The notes below the pieces were generated by a model, which was given only the letters and a program-made list of their open reading frames with translations, was not told where the DNA came from and ran no database searches. Below, piece by piece: positions 1 to 12,126 of a stretch of 64,000 nucleotides of DNA. Within the stretch, counting starts at the first letter, position 1; every line of letters begins with the position of its first letter. Position numbers and translations under genes: made by a program. The stretch covers positions 165,044,001 through 165,108,000 of the forward strand of contig NC_042999.1 in the NCBI RefSeq assembly GCF_006345805.1. Direction: 5' to 3'. This DNA is from Octopus sinensis. Its lineage: Eukaryota.

Positions 1-550
1 CGCTCCCTTCAAATTGCTCCAAATTAAGACAGTTAACTAGCCTATAGAAGAAATCGCCGCTGACAATAAATACCACACTATTTTGATATCAGCTACAAAC
101 TTCCACTGAAATAGTAATAAAACAGAAAAGAAGCGGGAAGAGATTTAAGATCAATTTGAACAAATTTCGAGTATTGTATAGTATCTAGGCGATGCTATAG
201 AAGTCTATTCGAATTGATCTTAAGTCACTTGCATCGTTTCTTGTGAGACATTACTGTCGGTATTAGTATTTGCTTAACAGTAGCGAAAACAAAATGTATA
301 AACAAAATGAGCAGAAGTGAAGAGAAAACAACTTATTACTAGTCGTGTGGAAAGAACACTCAAGAACCACACAGTTCCCCAATATATATTCTATTTGGTC
401 ACAGAAATTGTGGACGAACTTACTTCAACAGAGAACCGAAACAAAAGCGTTGGTCAACTTTCCAATGATACTAATATCGACAGAGATAATAGTGTCTCCT
501 GGATTTGTGACCGTAACTATATATATGTATTTATGCGTATGTGTGAGTGT

Positions 551-656
551 ATATACATACATACATACGTACATACATACATACATACATACATACATAC
601 ATACATACATACATACATACATGCATGCATACATACATATATATACATATATATAT
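551..656. repeat. (TACA)n microsatellite
   Basis: Pure tacatacata run; source of the spurious HTYI/MYVC ORFs. Confidence 0.97.
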
Positions 657-771
657 CGAGGATTAAGTGTAAGAGATAAAAAAGAAATATCCGTTGATCC
701 ATAGAAACAATGAAGTCCTTAATCCTAAGCACATGAATCTCTCTCACTCTTCCCCTCCTCCCTTCTCTTAT

Positions 772-802
<31 letters not shown>

Positions 803-2324
803 GTGTATTTGTGTATTTGAGTGTGTGCGCGCGCACGCTTTTGTTAGAGTGTATATGTGCATGTATGTGTGTATGTATAAAATCACACACACACAACACG
901 CACAAAGACATGCACGCACACACTGTATATATACATATATATTTTTCTTGCTAAAGAATAATAAATATGTACTCTACAAGAGTATTGAGTTCTCCTTCAG
1001 TTTGATGTAAATTTGATTTCATTATAGCTTAACATAAAAACAAGCATTAATATACACACTTGCATAACACATACACATAACACACATACCTTGATACACA
1101 AACGGACATATGTACATACGTCAGTATATTGTAAATGATAGACATAGGACAATACCTACTAATATATCTATTTTGCGCTGGCAGTCAATGACAAAAATAA
1201 GTAGGCGAGGAGTATGAGAAGGTGTGACGTCCATGCCTTTAGCAAAATAACTCACAGATACAAAGGAGAAATATTTATAACAGTGATTTGAATCTGGGAC
1301 ACTAAACGCAGACATGTATGGTGCGAAGACTGTGAATTTCATGAAAGAATAAAAGCAATTTGTGGTGTTTGTAAACCATTGATTGAACTAGAAGTCAGGA
1401 TATAATACTAAATTCACAATTTATAAAGTACACCTTCTATGGCCTCAACGCAATTACACTCTGCAAATAATGAATAAAAACTTAAATAAAACCTATTGCT
1501 AAAAATCTATTAAAGCACGGAGAAATAATAAAAATAAATAATAAATAAATAAAAATGAATAATAAAAAGCGAAGTGATCAGTTGTTCAGAATTGTATGTA
1601 TAATAAATAAATGCTGACATCAACACTGTTCAGTGTCAAATCAATGATCCTGTTTATTGAACTGGAATATAAATCACTCTACCAGAATAGATACAGCAAC
1701 ATATATCGACAAAATTTCTATAAATGGCGGAGTAAATTTCTCGTGGCCACGCATATAGATGCAGTTATGTGCAGCCTATAAAGTCTACTGCCTCAGAAGA
1801 AGGGTGAAGTTTATTTAGTTTTATAAAGAAATCTCTAGCGTTTGAAGATATATTTAGTATCTTTCTAAGTGTAATATCGTGCAGATAAATATAGTTCGAT
1901 GTAAGAGGTAAATCTCTTCCAGATTCAGAGACAGAGAACTGTTGTGAGTTACGCTTGAGAAAGTAAAATTAATAATCACATCTGGCGAATAGGTTTCCTC
2001 TCAAACGCAACAAAGATAGACGTCGTAAATAACGGCATGGAATAGACACAAGAAAAGAAATATTATACGAACCACCTAAAAGAGTTTATCACAAATCCAT
2101 TGTTTGACCGAGGGATTTAGGTCTTGAAAAAGAATTCTACTTTCTGCGGATCAATAATAAACAAGCCAAGTCTTATTTGATATTTATTTGTTCGAACTAC
2201 TACTTCATGGAAGCTCATGGATCATCAGAGGATCAGGCGAAATACCGATCTTGTATTGGGGCAATTTCGGTCATATGTATACATGTGTGTGTGTTTGTGT
2301 ATGTGTGTGAGTGTGTGATTGTTG

Positions 2325-2362
<38 letters not shown>

Positions 2363-2397
2363 ATATGCACAAACACACACACACACACATATAGAAT

Positions 2398-2490
2398 AAG
2401 TGTCAGGTTTTAAAAAATAAGTACTGCAGTCGATTTGTTCCAAGATGGTGTTCCAGCTTGGCCACAGTCCAATTACTGAAACAAAATAGA
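2398..2490 (+). mobile_element. 3' tail fragment of SINE family B
   Basis: aataagtactgcagtcgatttgttc...ttccagcttggccacagtccaattactgaaacaa resembles the 3' ends of the full copies at 29641-30030 and 58215-58654. Confidence 0.65.
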
Positions 2491-2609
2491 CAGCAGCAGT
2501 AACAGGATAAAATCCATTTAATTGATTTTATGGTCTTGACATAGTTGACAGAAGCAGGAATTTTTTTAGCACCAACTCGTACTGTATTTCTAATATTGTT
2601 TTATATTCT

Positions 2610-2822
2610 AAGGCGGCGAGCTGGCAGAAACGTTAGCACGCCGGCTGAGATATTTAGTGGTATTTCGTCTGTCTTTATGTTCTGAGTTCAAATACTACCG
2701 AGGTTGACTTTGCCTTTCATCCTTTCGGGGGCGATAAATTAAGTATTAGTTGCGTACTAGGGTCGATGTAATCGACTGGCCACCTCCCTCAAAATTTCGG
2801 CCCTGTGCCTTGAGTAGAAAAG
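2610..2822 (+). mobile_element. tRNA-like SINE, family A, with 18-bp target-site duplication
   Basis: Head ggcggcgagctggcagaaacgttagcacg, B-box-like gagttcaaat, central gttgactttgcctttcatcctttcggggg. Exact direct repeat aatattgttttatattct at 2592-2609 and 2823-2840. Confidence 0.92.
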
Positions 2823-2880
2823 AATATTGTTTTATATTCTCTAAAATCATTCCAACAAGCACTCATTGAACAAGGTTAAT

Positions 2881-3094
2881 ATTGGTTTCAAACTTTGGCA
2901 CAAGGCCAGTAATGTTGGGATGAGGGCAAGTCGATTACATCGACCCCAGTGCTTGACTGGTACGTATTTTATTGATCCCAAAAGGATGAAAAGCAAAGTC
3001 GACCTCAGCGGAGCTTGAACTCAGGACGTAAAGACGGACGAATTACCACTAGTCATTTTGCCCGGCGCGGGAACGATTTTGTTAGCTCGTCGTC
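2881..3094 (-). mobile_element. tRNA-like SINE, family A (older copy)
   Basis: Reverse complement of family A (aggatgaaaagcaaagtcgacc...ttgaactcag). Imperfect flanking repeat ttgaacaaggttaat (2866-2880) / ttgaacaagtttagt (3095-3109). Confidence 0.85.
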
Positions 3095-3418
3095 TTGAAC
3101 AAGTTTAGTATTAAAGAAAACAAGGAGTCATACTGCTTACCCTGGGAATACATGTTTATGAAATGCAATAATTCTGAATGCTTCTGAATCATTATTGAAC
3201 GATTGGTTAGTCACGTGATACTGGTGGTGTTTCATGACACACTTCTGATCACAATGGACCACATTAGCCATTTCCTGCAAAGCAAACGCCGAAAAAGCCA
3301 ATTTCCTTTGCCTATCATTCTATGCATTAATATTTAGTTTTCCGGAGCAATTTCTATAAAGACACGAGAAATTATTGTTCACATCAATATGCTACAATAT
3401 GCTACATAGTACAATAAT

Positions 3419-3452
<34 letters not shown>

Positions 3453-3457
<5 letters not shown>

Positions 3458-3652
3458 ATCCAAACATGAACAAAGAGAAAACACAACAACACGAGAATGT
3501 AGAACAAGTATAGTGTTATTGGACGCTCAAGAAAGGAAAGAAAGAAGGAGGATTTAACATTTCAAGTGGAGCTCTTCGTCAGAAACATAGAAAAAGGAAA
3601 GGTCCAAGGAAGGGAAGACGGAGAAAGAAAATCGCCAACGATACGCGTGCGG

Positions 3653-3657
<5 letters not shown>
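3453..3657 (-). mobile_element. Short solo pLTR/retrozyme-like element with decayed minimal hammerhead
   Basis: Lies between two (TA)n tracts. Minus strand 3586-3552 reads gttt CTGACGA a gagc tcc actt GAAA tgtt aaat, a minimal type I HHR with three substitutions, all CpG-type. Confidence 0.6.
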
Positions 3658-3687
<30 letters not shown>

Positions 3688-3714
3688 AGAAAAAAGCAAC
3701 AAGAATGGATTAGT

Positions 3715-3808
3715 TGTTCAGTACAATTGTTTCATACGAAGAAGAGCTTTATTAAAAGCTGCAAATATTGCAGCAAATACAAGTGTCCCGTATTCATCAG
3801 CCAAAACA
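3715..3808 (-). ncRNA. Type I hammerhead ribozyme in the inverted pLTR of PLE1
   Basis: Minus strand: CTGATGA (3800-3794), ATACG...CGTAT, GAAA (3733-3730), CAATTG, TA; predicted cleavage between 3722 and 3721. Confidence 0.75.
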
Positions 3809-3945
3809 CATATGAGTTTTCCAAACATCCAAGGGGGTTAGGCTACACTCATGAAGTATCGAAGAGAGTTCTATGAAAAGCAAAGTTAGATTGTAAGCAG
3901 ACTTCAAAAGTTCGCTAATGATGTACAGTTTTATAAAAGGTTTCT

Positions 3946-5341
3946 AAAATAATTTTTAGAACCAGAAAGAGCCCGCCTCCGAACCCACTCCTGCAAAAAT
4001 TTCGAAAAAGATCTACTGAATCTTATAGAAGATATTAAATTCAAAGAACACCCGTTAAGATACAACCCTCACCTCAAACATCTCAGAAACTTTGTTTATT
4101 CAACTCGGAATAAACAAGGAATCTTAGTGCCAGCGGATAAAACTGGTAATCTGTATAGAGTAGATTACACTCTTTATAGCAAGCTAATTAAGAAGGAACT
4201 CAACTCCAAATATAAAATTACTACAAAGAATAATTTGAAAAAAATACACCTAGAAATGAAAGAAATTATGGAAAGATACAATTTAACGGATAGAACGGAG
4301 CCGCTTAAACCGTGTGAACCTAGAATCAACCTTAAGGACCACAAAAAGAATTTCATGGAAAACCCTTCGGTAAGACTTATTTGTCCAACTAAGTCAGACA
4401 TTGGCCGACTTAGTAAATCTATCCTGGATACTGTTCTACCCCAAATAACCCCGATTCTTCCCTTAAGTCTCTGGCTAAATACCGATGAAGTATTAAAATG
4501 GTTTAATTCTCTAACTAATACTAGTAGTCTTTCCTTTATTTAGTTCGACATAAATAATTATTACTCTAGTATTTCCCCCATTTTGCTAAATAAATCACTT
4601 ATATTTGCCATGAATCGCTCCCTCATATCTAGAGAGGAAATCGATATAGTGGTATATGCTAGAAAAACATTTATAGAATTTGAAGGAAAATTATGGACTA
4701 GAGCAGATACCCCCAATAATTTCGATATACCCATGGGTTCTAGTGATTCGGCTGAGGTAACTAATTTGGTAGGTGCGTATCTATTAAAGTGCATAAAAAA
4801 GGAGATCCCGGAATTACAAGGTGGTCTATACAGGGATGATGCTCTGTTTGTTATTCCTTGTAATAATAAATCTAGCATTGAACGGATTAGAAAGAAAATT
4901 AATAGGTTCTCTAAAGATTTCAACCTTAGCATAACTTATGAACCTGGCACTAAAATAGTCAATTTTCTAGATATTACATTAGACCTTAACTCTAAGCTGA
5001 ATTACCCATTTAGAAAGGAAGGTGAAACCACGAGATACGTAAATAAATTATCCAATCATCCCCCAAATATAATAAAATCTTTACTTAGAAATATTTCCTT
5101 AAGAATCTCTAAATTATCATCTAATAATGATATATTTAACTCTCATTTTGAGCATTATAATGCGGCGTTATCTAAGGCAGGATACAACCAAAAGATTACC
5201 TTTATTGATAAGGAGAGCTTACATATTCCTAAAAATGGAGGTAGCAGTAACCACGTAAACAATAATATAGATCACGCCCGAAATAAAAGTAGAAATAGAT
5301 TTACGGTGGTAACAAATCTAACGTACAAATCTAACGTATAA
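3946..5341 (+). pseudogene. PLE1 reverse transcriptase (disrupted)
   Basis: ORFs 4127-4543 and 4583-5341 are in frame across a TAG at 4541-4543 (CAA, Gln, in PLE2). Frameshift near 3995; 13-bp duplication acaaatctaacgt near 5315-5340. Confidence 0.9.
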
Positions 5342-6106
5342 GAATAAAAAATATAGACCAGAGCATAGGTAACTCTGATAAAACCAATTTAGATAAATAA
5401 AAAAGCATACAAATAATAGTAATAAATATAATAGCTCTGGTGGGATTAGTAATAATTCAACTAACCCTAATTCTAATTTAAGAAAATTTAATAAGAAAGA
5501 TATAATCTGGCTGAATATTCCTTTCAACTGAGCGATTTTATCGGATATACAAGGCAGATTCAAATTAATTCTAGAAAAAAATTTCCCAGCCTCTCATAAA
5601 TATCATAGAATAATTTCTAAAAGAACGGTTAGGATTTCTTATTCAACCCTCCCAAATATGTCCACTGTAATAGCTAAGATTAATAATAAAAACATTAAGC
5701 TAGCCAGGAATAATAAGACTAATACCAACATGAATACCAATAACAATTGCAATAATATTATCAAAAATAAAAATAATAACCACAATAATAGTAACTATCA
5801 AAACAAAGGTAGCATCAATAACCATGGAATAACTAATAATAATATTAATATTAATAGGAATAATAATGATAATAATAGGAGCAATGCTAATAGAGAAAAT
5901 ATCGAGAATGAAGACAACATTGATATATATAACAGCAATATGCATTCGGATATAAATACTAGCAATACCAATAATGTGAGTAATTATGATATGACTATAG
6001 AGCTAAATGATAGTGTAAGCGGATCGATAAATGATAACACGGCTTAGATAACAACATTACCTATAATAACGATAATTAAACTCATAGTAATCTGAATAGC
6101 AACAAT

Positions 6107-6580
6107 ATGGGATATCTATCCTTAAATAATTCTACATCTGATGATGATCCTCCTAGGTGTAATCGTAGAATTAAGTCAAAATGCCCGGCACCTGGTCTGT
6201 GTGGAGTAAATAACGTAATCTATAAATGTACCATAACTACTGAGAATAGCAAATTTTTTTATTTAGGTTGTTCTATAAAATTTAAACAAAGAGTTAGCAA
6301 CCATATCTCCTCATTTAAGTTACGTCATAAAGCTGGTTGCACCACACTTTCAAGTAAGATCTGGGAACTCAAAAATAATAATATTAAATATAACCTTAAT
6401 TGGGAAATAGTTAGAAGAGCGATGCCTTATAGAAATAACAGGGTAGGTTGCCAACTCTGCTCCATGGAGACATATGAAATTTTAAGGCATAGAAAAAATA
6501 AAACATTTTTAAATAACCGTATTGAATTAGGTCCATATTGTATTCACTCAAAAATTAAGACTCTTAAATATTTTAAATAA
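6107..6580 (+). pseudogene. PLE1 GIY-YIG endonuclease domain
   Basis: CNRRIKSKCP...C...VIYKC...FYLGCS..FKQR..NH...TTLS.KIWELK...W.I...PY...CQLC..E...LNNR.E...C.H. Separated from the RT by frameshifts in a low-complexity linker. Confidence 0.88.
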
Positions 6581-7748
6581 AAATCGTAGAGAATAATCGT
6601 AGAGAATAATCGTATAGAGCTAGGTCTATCTTCTTTTTACTAAAAAAGCAAAACTCTAATATATATATTTTAAATAGATATCTGTTAGCTCTTACTGGTG
6701 TTCTTTCTTTCCAACTATACCTGTTTTAGAACACAAAGAAACAAATGGTATTTGTAACTTGCCAAAAATTTTAATTGACTATATAGTTAATTTAATTTAA
6801 TCTAATTTAATTAACCCAACTTAAATCAAATAAAATGCTAATACTTTCTAATTCTATTCTAAGTTTAATAAGTAATGCTACTCCCTTAATAATAATATAA
6901 AGATTTTTCACTATGATTTTCACTATATTTTGAATAAACAATACTCTCACGCCTTTTACTATAGAAATTAATTGACCTCTAGGTATAGACCTAAAGTCCG
7001 TCTTACAATGTATAAACATTAGTATAAATAGAAACATTAATAAATAAATAAATAAATAACCTCCTGCTCTAGTATTGCACTTAAATCTCTTAATGTATTT
7101 TCCTCTACTGATAGCCTTTGACCCCTTTGATACTTTCTTTTGTTCTCTTTATATTCTTATACCTGCCTTTAACTCTGTAGGAGTGGCAGTTAATAGCTGT
7201 ATGATGGTCAAAAGTAATGTTCTCTTTTATAAATTATAAATCTCAGATTCCTGCAACAATGACCTAAATTTTCTGTCACCACAGAAATAAACTAAACTTT
7301 GTAGGTTGTGTACTTACACCCATTCCTCCCATAATATCCCATAATGTCCTTATTTGGGCGGTTTCTGCTTCACTGATTTCTTTTGAGACTTCTTTTAGCC
7401 AATATAGTCAATCTCTTCTTCCAACATAGTAGTTTTGTGAAACGATTAGAAGTGTGATCAACATCTTCTCATATATCAGGAAATTACATCTACATTATTA
7501 TGGATACATTCATCTTCTCTGAGTATGAAATATCTCCTCATATCTCCGGAAATTATACCTGCATTATTACGGATGGATTTACCTTTTCTGTGAAGCTAAC
7601 GAACTTTTTTTAAAAACCTTTTATAAAACTGTACATCATTAGAGAACTTTTGAAGTCTGCTTACAATCTAACTTTGCTTTTCATAGAACTCTCTTCGATA
7701 CTTCATGAGTGTAGCCTCACCCCCTAGGATGTTTGGAAAACTCATATG

Positions 7749-7842
7749 TATTTTGGCTGATGAATACGGGACACTTGTATTTGCTGCAATATTTGCAGCT
7801 TTTGATAAAGCTGTTCTTCGTATGAAACAATTGTACTGAACA
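7749..7842 (+). ncRNA. Type I hammerhead ribozyme in the 3' pLTR of PLE1, long stem II insert
   Basis: CTGATGA 7757-7763; stem II ATACG (7764-7768)/CGTAT (7819-7823) enclosing 50 nt; GAAA 7824-7827; palindromic ACAATTGT; GUA cleavage after 7835; weak stem I tttgg/ctgaa. Confidence 0.75.
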
Positions 7843-7984
7843 ACTAATCCATTCTTGTTGCTTTTTTCTTGTTTATAATCACCCAACATTATTTTATGGT
7901 TAATACCATATAGATTTCTGGTGCATCTAAGTTAAGTATCACATTCATGTGAATTCATTGGAACTCACTTGAATCTTAATTGTT

Positions 7985-8027
<43 letters not shown>

Positions 8028-8551
8028 GCAAGGCCAGATATTTCATGGAAGAAATTAAGATCGATTACATCGATCCCCAGTACTCAACCATTACTTATTT
8101 AAAAATTCAGTATTTACACGATGTTATATATAGCTTTATCTTCTTCAAAATTCACCGCTCAAAAAAAAGTTTATACATCCGTATTATGCCAACAATATAT
8201 ATATATATATTCGATGTGATCGACTTGCCTTCTCCACCAACATTTCTGGCCTTGCGCCAAAATTTGAAACCAATATCAAAGTTGCTTAATGAGAGCTTTC
8301 TGGAATGAAATTAGAAAATATAAAAGAATATTATAAATGCACACTGGGTAAATGAAAATACAAGATGATCAGTTAATTATGATTTCATTCAACATATCCC
8401 CATCTCGGATTCACACACTTATCACAGTGGTCCTTCAGTTTTTCTAAACCCTGTAAAAGAAATCAGAAGGTTGGATTTCCAAAAGGCCTTCCTAACACCC
8501 TTAAAGCTAGTAACTTTCCAGCACTCCTGTATGTGTGTGTGTGTGTGTGTG

Positions 8552-8604
<53 letters not shown>

Positions 8605-9752
8605 GTTGTGTGTGTGTGTTATTAAGAAAACTGCAAAAACTGTTACTCAGAGTTTCACATTGTCGTTCGTCGGACAGCTTTGGTTGAGAATGGAACAAAA
8701 CTAAAGTTATATGCATAAATATACAACTGCGTTGATAGATACACATTTGAAAATTGTTTTGTTTCATTGGTCCTTTTCAACTAACGGTCTTTTCAATAAC
8801 CGGTTACATGAAATTACAATTACGATTTAAAATCATATCATTATAAAAGCGGAAGAAAACCTAAATCAAAAATTATCTTTTAGTAGAAGGGGAAAAAAAC
8901 CTGTATATACCCAGGGTAAAATAATTAATGGTAAAATAAATTGAAATAAATTAAAAAGGTATGTCCGCTTAAAATAGAAACCTTTACAAAGAACTAACAT
9001 CTTAAAAATACGTATACATTTAGTTATACATATACATATATATAGGTATCTACGTACATATATATACACACAGAATGCGTCTCCGTGCGTATTTCTAAAT
9101 ATACAACTTAGTTGTTGCAAGTTAGAAAAGAAAAAGAAGACAAAAGAAGTGGTAGGAGAAAGAAAAAAAAACCAAAGAGAAAAACAGAAAGGGAAAGATA
9201 AAAGATAGATAGATAGAGACAGAGAGAGAGAGAAATGATTTGGAAGTTGGTGTTCCCCAAAAGTATCTAACAAATGCTAAACACTTCTGTTAGCTTGCAA
9301 AAGCACACATATAAAACAGACATGCATATCTACATAAATACATACATATATACAATATTAACATACATGTAGGCACGTAAACAAATATAATTAAACATAT
9401 TCATAGATATATATATATCTACATACATATATCCACATCAAGATACATATATACACCATAAAGTACATACGCATACAGATATATTGAAAACTGTCTGGTG
9501 TATCGAATAAGAAAATTGTACAATAAATTAATATAATATAATTAAGTGTAATATAAATATATAAATTTTTTAAAATATATAAATTTGAAATTTAAAATTT
9601 AAATATGAAAATGTGTCAAAAATGAGTAAAAATTTCACCTCAGCAAAATTTAATTTTAAGTCGAAGACAGTCGAAGGATTTCCTAAAAATAGAATGTAAA
9701 ATAGGAAGGCGAAATATATACCAGCATTGTAATACTAAAAGATGTCTAAAAG

Positions 9753-9966
9753 GGCGGCAAGCTGGCAGAAACGTTAGCACGCCGGGCGAAATGCGTCGTT
9801 ACATTCTGAGTTCAAATTTCTCCAAGATCGACTTTGCCTTTCATCCTTTCGGAGTCGATAAATTAAGTACCAGCTTCGCACTGGGGTCGATGTAATCGAC
9901 TTAATCCCTTTGTCTGTCTTTGTTTGTCCCCTCTATGTTTAGCTCCTTGTGGGTAGTAAAGAAATA
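9753..9966 (+). mobile_element. tRNA-like SINE, family A
   Basis: ggcggcaagctggcagaaacgttagcacgccggg...gcctttcatcctttcggagtcgataaattaagtacc...gtagtaaagaaata. Confidence 0.9.
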
Positions 9967-10267
9967 TACATTTTAGGTGAAAAAACCAAATTCAAATGCG
10001 ATGGGTAATTTTTTGATTTCCACATTTGAAATTGGCTTTTGGCTTTTACACCTGAAAGATACAGCGTAATTATATATTTATACATACATCCTTATTTTTG
10101 TTCCATTCTCAACCAAAACTGTCCACCGAACGGGAAAATGGAACTGAGTAACAGTTTTTGTGATGTCTTTGCAGCTTTATTAATAAAGTATATTACTCTA
10201 CTTCCGGTATTTGAGTACTACCTTTTTACACCTTGTTTCACATTTATGTGCTTACTTTGGTAAGCAC

Positions 10268-10418
10268 ATGTATGTATGTATGTATGTATGTATGTATGTA
10301 TGTATGTATACATGTATGTATGTATGTATGTATGTATGTATGTATACATGTATGTATGTATGTATGTATGTATGCATGCATGCATGTATGTATGTATGTA
10401 TGTATGTATGTATGTATG

Positions 10419-10452
<34 letters not shown>

Positions 10453-10500
10453 TGTATGTATGTATGTATGTATACATGCATGTATTATATATATATACAT
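10268..10500. repeat. (TATG)n microsatellite
   Basis: Direct reading. Confidence 0.95.
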
Positions 10501-10729
10501 TTATGTATATATGTATACATATATGAATATATATGCACACGTGCATGCATGCGTACATAGGTACATAGGTACAAGCATTTGTACGTGCATATGTACATAA
10601 ATACATATATACATGCATAAATACATACATTCATACATACATATCGATATACGTACGCACATACTTGCATATATGCATGCATGAATGCGAACATATTACA
10701 CGCACACGCATGCATGCATACATACATAC

Positions 10730-11736
10730 ATTCACACATACATACATCTATACGCACATACGCACATACACACATACATACACACATACATACATACATA
10801 CATACATACATACATACATACATACATACATACGTACATGCATGCATACATACATACATACATAATACATACATACATACATACATACATACATACATAC
10901 ATACATACATGCATGCATACATACATACATACATGCATGCATACATACATACATGCATGCATGCATGCATGCATACATACATGCATACATACATACATAC
11001 ATATATACATACATACCTACATACATACATACGTACATGCATGTATGCATGCATGCATGCATACATACATACATACATAATACATACATACATACATACA
11101 TACATGCATGCATACATACATACATACATATATACATAGATACCTACATACATACATACATACATGCATGCATACATACATACATACATACATACATAAA
11201 TACATACATACATACATACATGCATGCATACATACATACATACATACATATATACATACATACATACATATATACATACATACATGCATGCATACATACA
11301 TACATACATATATACATAGATACCTACATACATACATACATACATAAATACATACATACATACATACATACATGCATGCATACATACATACATACATACA
11401 TATATACATACATACATACATATATACATACATACATGCATGCATACATACATACATACATATATACATAGATACCTACATACATACATACATACATAAA
11501 TACATACATACATACATACATACATACATACATGCATGCATACATACATACATACATACATACATAAATACATACAAACATAGATACCTACATACATACA
11601 TACATAAATACATACATACATACATACATATATACATACATGCATGCATACATACATACATACATACATACATACATAAATACATACATACATACATACA
11701 TACATACATGCATGCATACATACATACATACATACA

Positions 11737-11770
<34 letters not shown>

Positions 11771-11888
11771 CATACATACATGCATGCATACATACATACA
11801 TACATACATATATACATAGATACCTACATACATACATACATACATACATAAATACATACATACATACATACATACATACATGCATGCA

Positions 11889-11922
<34 letters not shown>

Positions 11923-12126
11923 CATAGATACCTACATACATACATACATACATAAATACATACATACATACATACATATATACATACATGCATGCATACA
12001 TACATACATACATACATACATAAATACATACATACATACATACATACATACATGCATGCATACATACATACATACATACATACATGCATGCATACATACA
12101 TACATACATACATACATACATACATA
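10730..12126. repeat. ~1.4 kb (CATA)n microsatellite with recurring variant blocks
   Basis: Direct reading; periodic catgcatg, tagatacc and cataaata interruptions. Confidence 0.95.

Larger units (their letters stand above)
3685..7987 (+). mobile_element. Penelope-like element 1 (RT + C-terminal GIY-YIG; YRDD-type, probably Hydra clade), 5'-truncated with inverted pLTR segment
   Basis: RT motifs PADKTGNLY, PMGSSDSAEVTNLVG, GGLYRDDAL, VNFLDITLDL, SNHPP; GIY-YIG at 6107-6580; ~265-bp inverted repeat 3685-3949 / 7607-7872; (TA)n on both flanks. Clade assignment is inference from motifs. Confidence 0.9.

Noticed and set aside
317-1010. ORFs with HTYI/MYVC/THTH repeats (also 10211-12205, 32420-33147, 41218-41783 and others)
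   Set aside because: They are translations of microsatellites with no coding signal.
2150-2235. CTGATGA on the minus strand as a hammerhead
   Set aside because: No stem II followed by GAAA and no consistent stem I/III.
7190-7260. SECIS element in the PLE1 3' UTR
   Set aside because: An ATGA...AA motif is present, but no complementary helix II or closing GA could be drawn by eye.
3685-7872. PLE1 as a TIR DNA transposon
   Set aside because: The inverted repeat is pLTR sequence containing an HHR and homologous to PLE2's 5' pLTR; the content is RT plus GIY-YIG, not a transposase.
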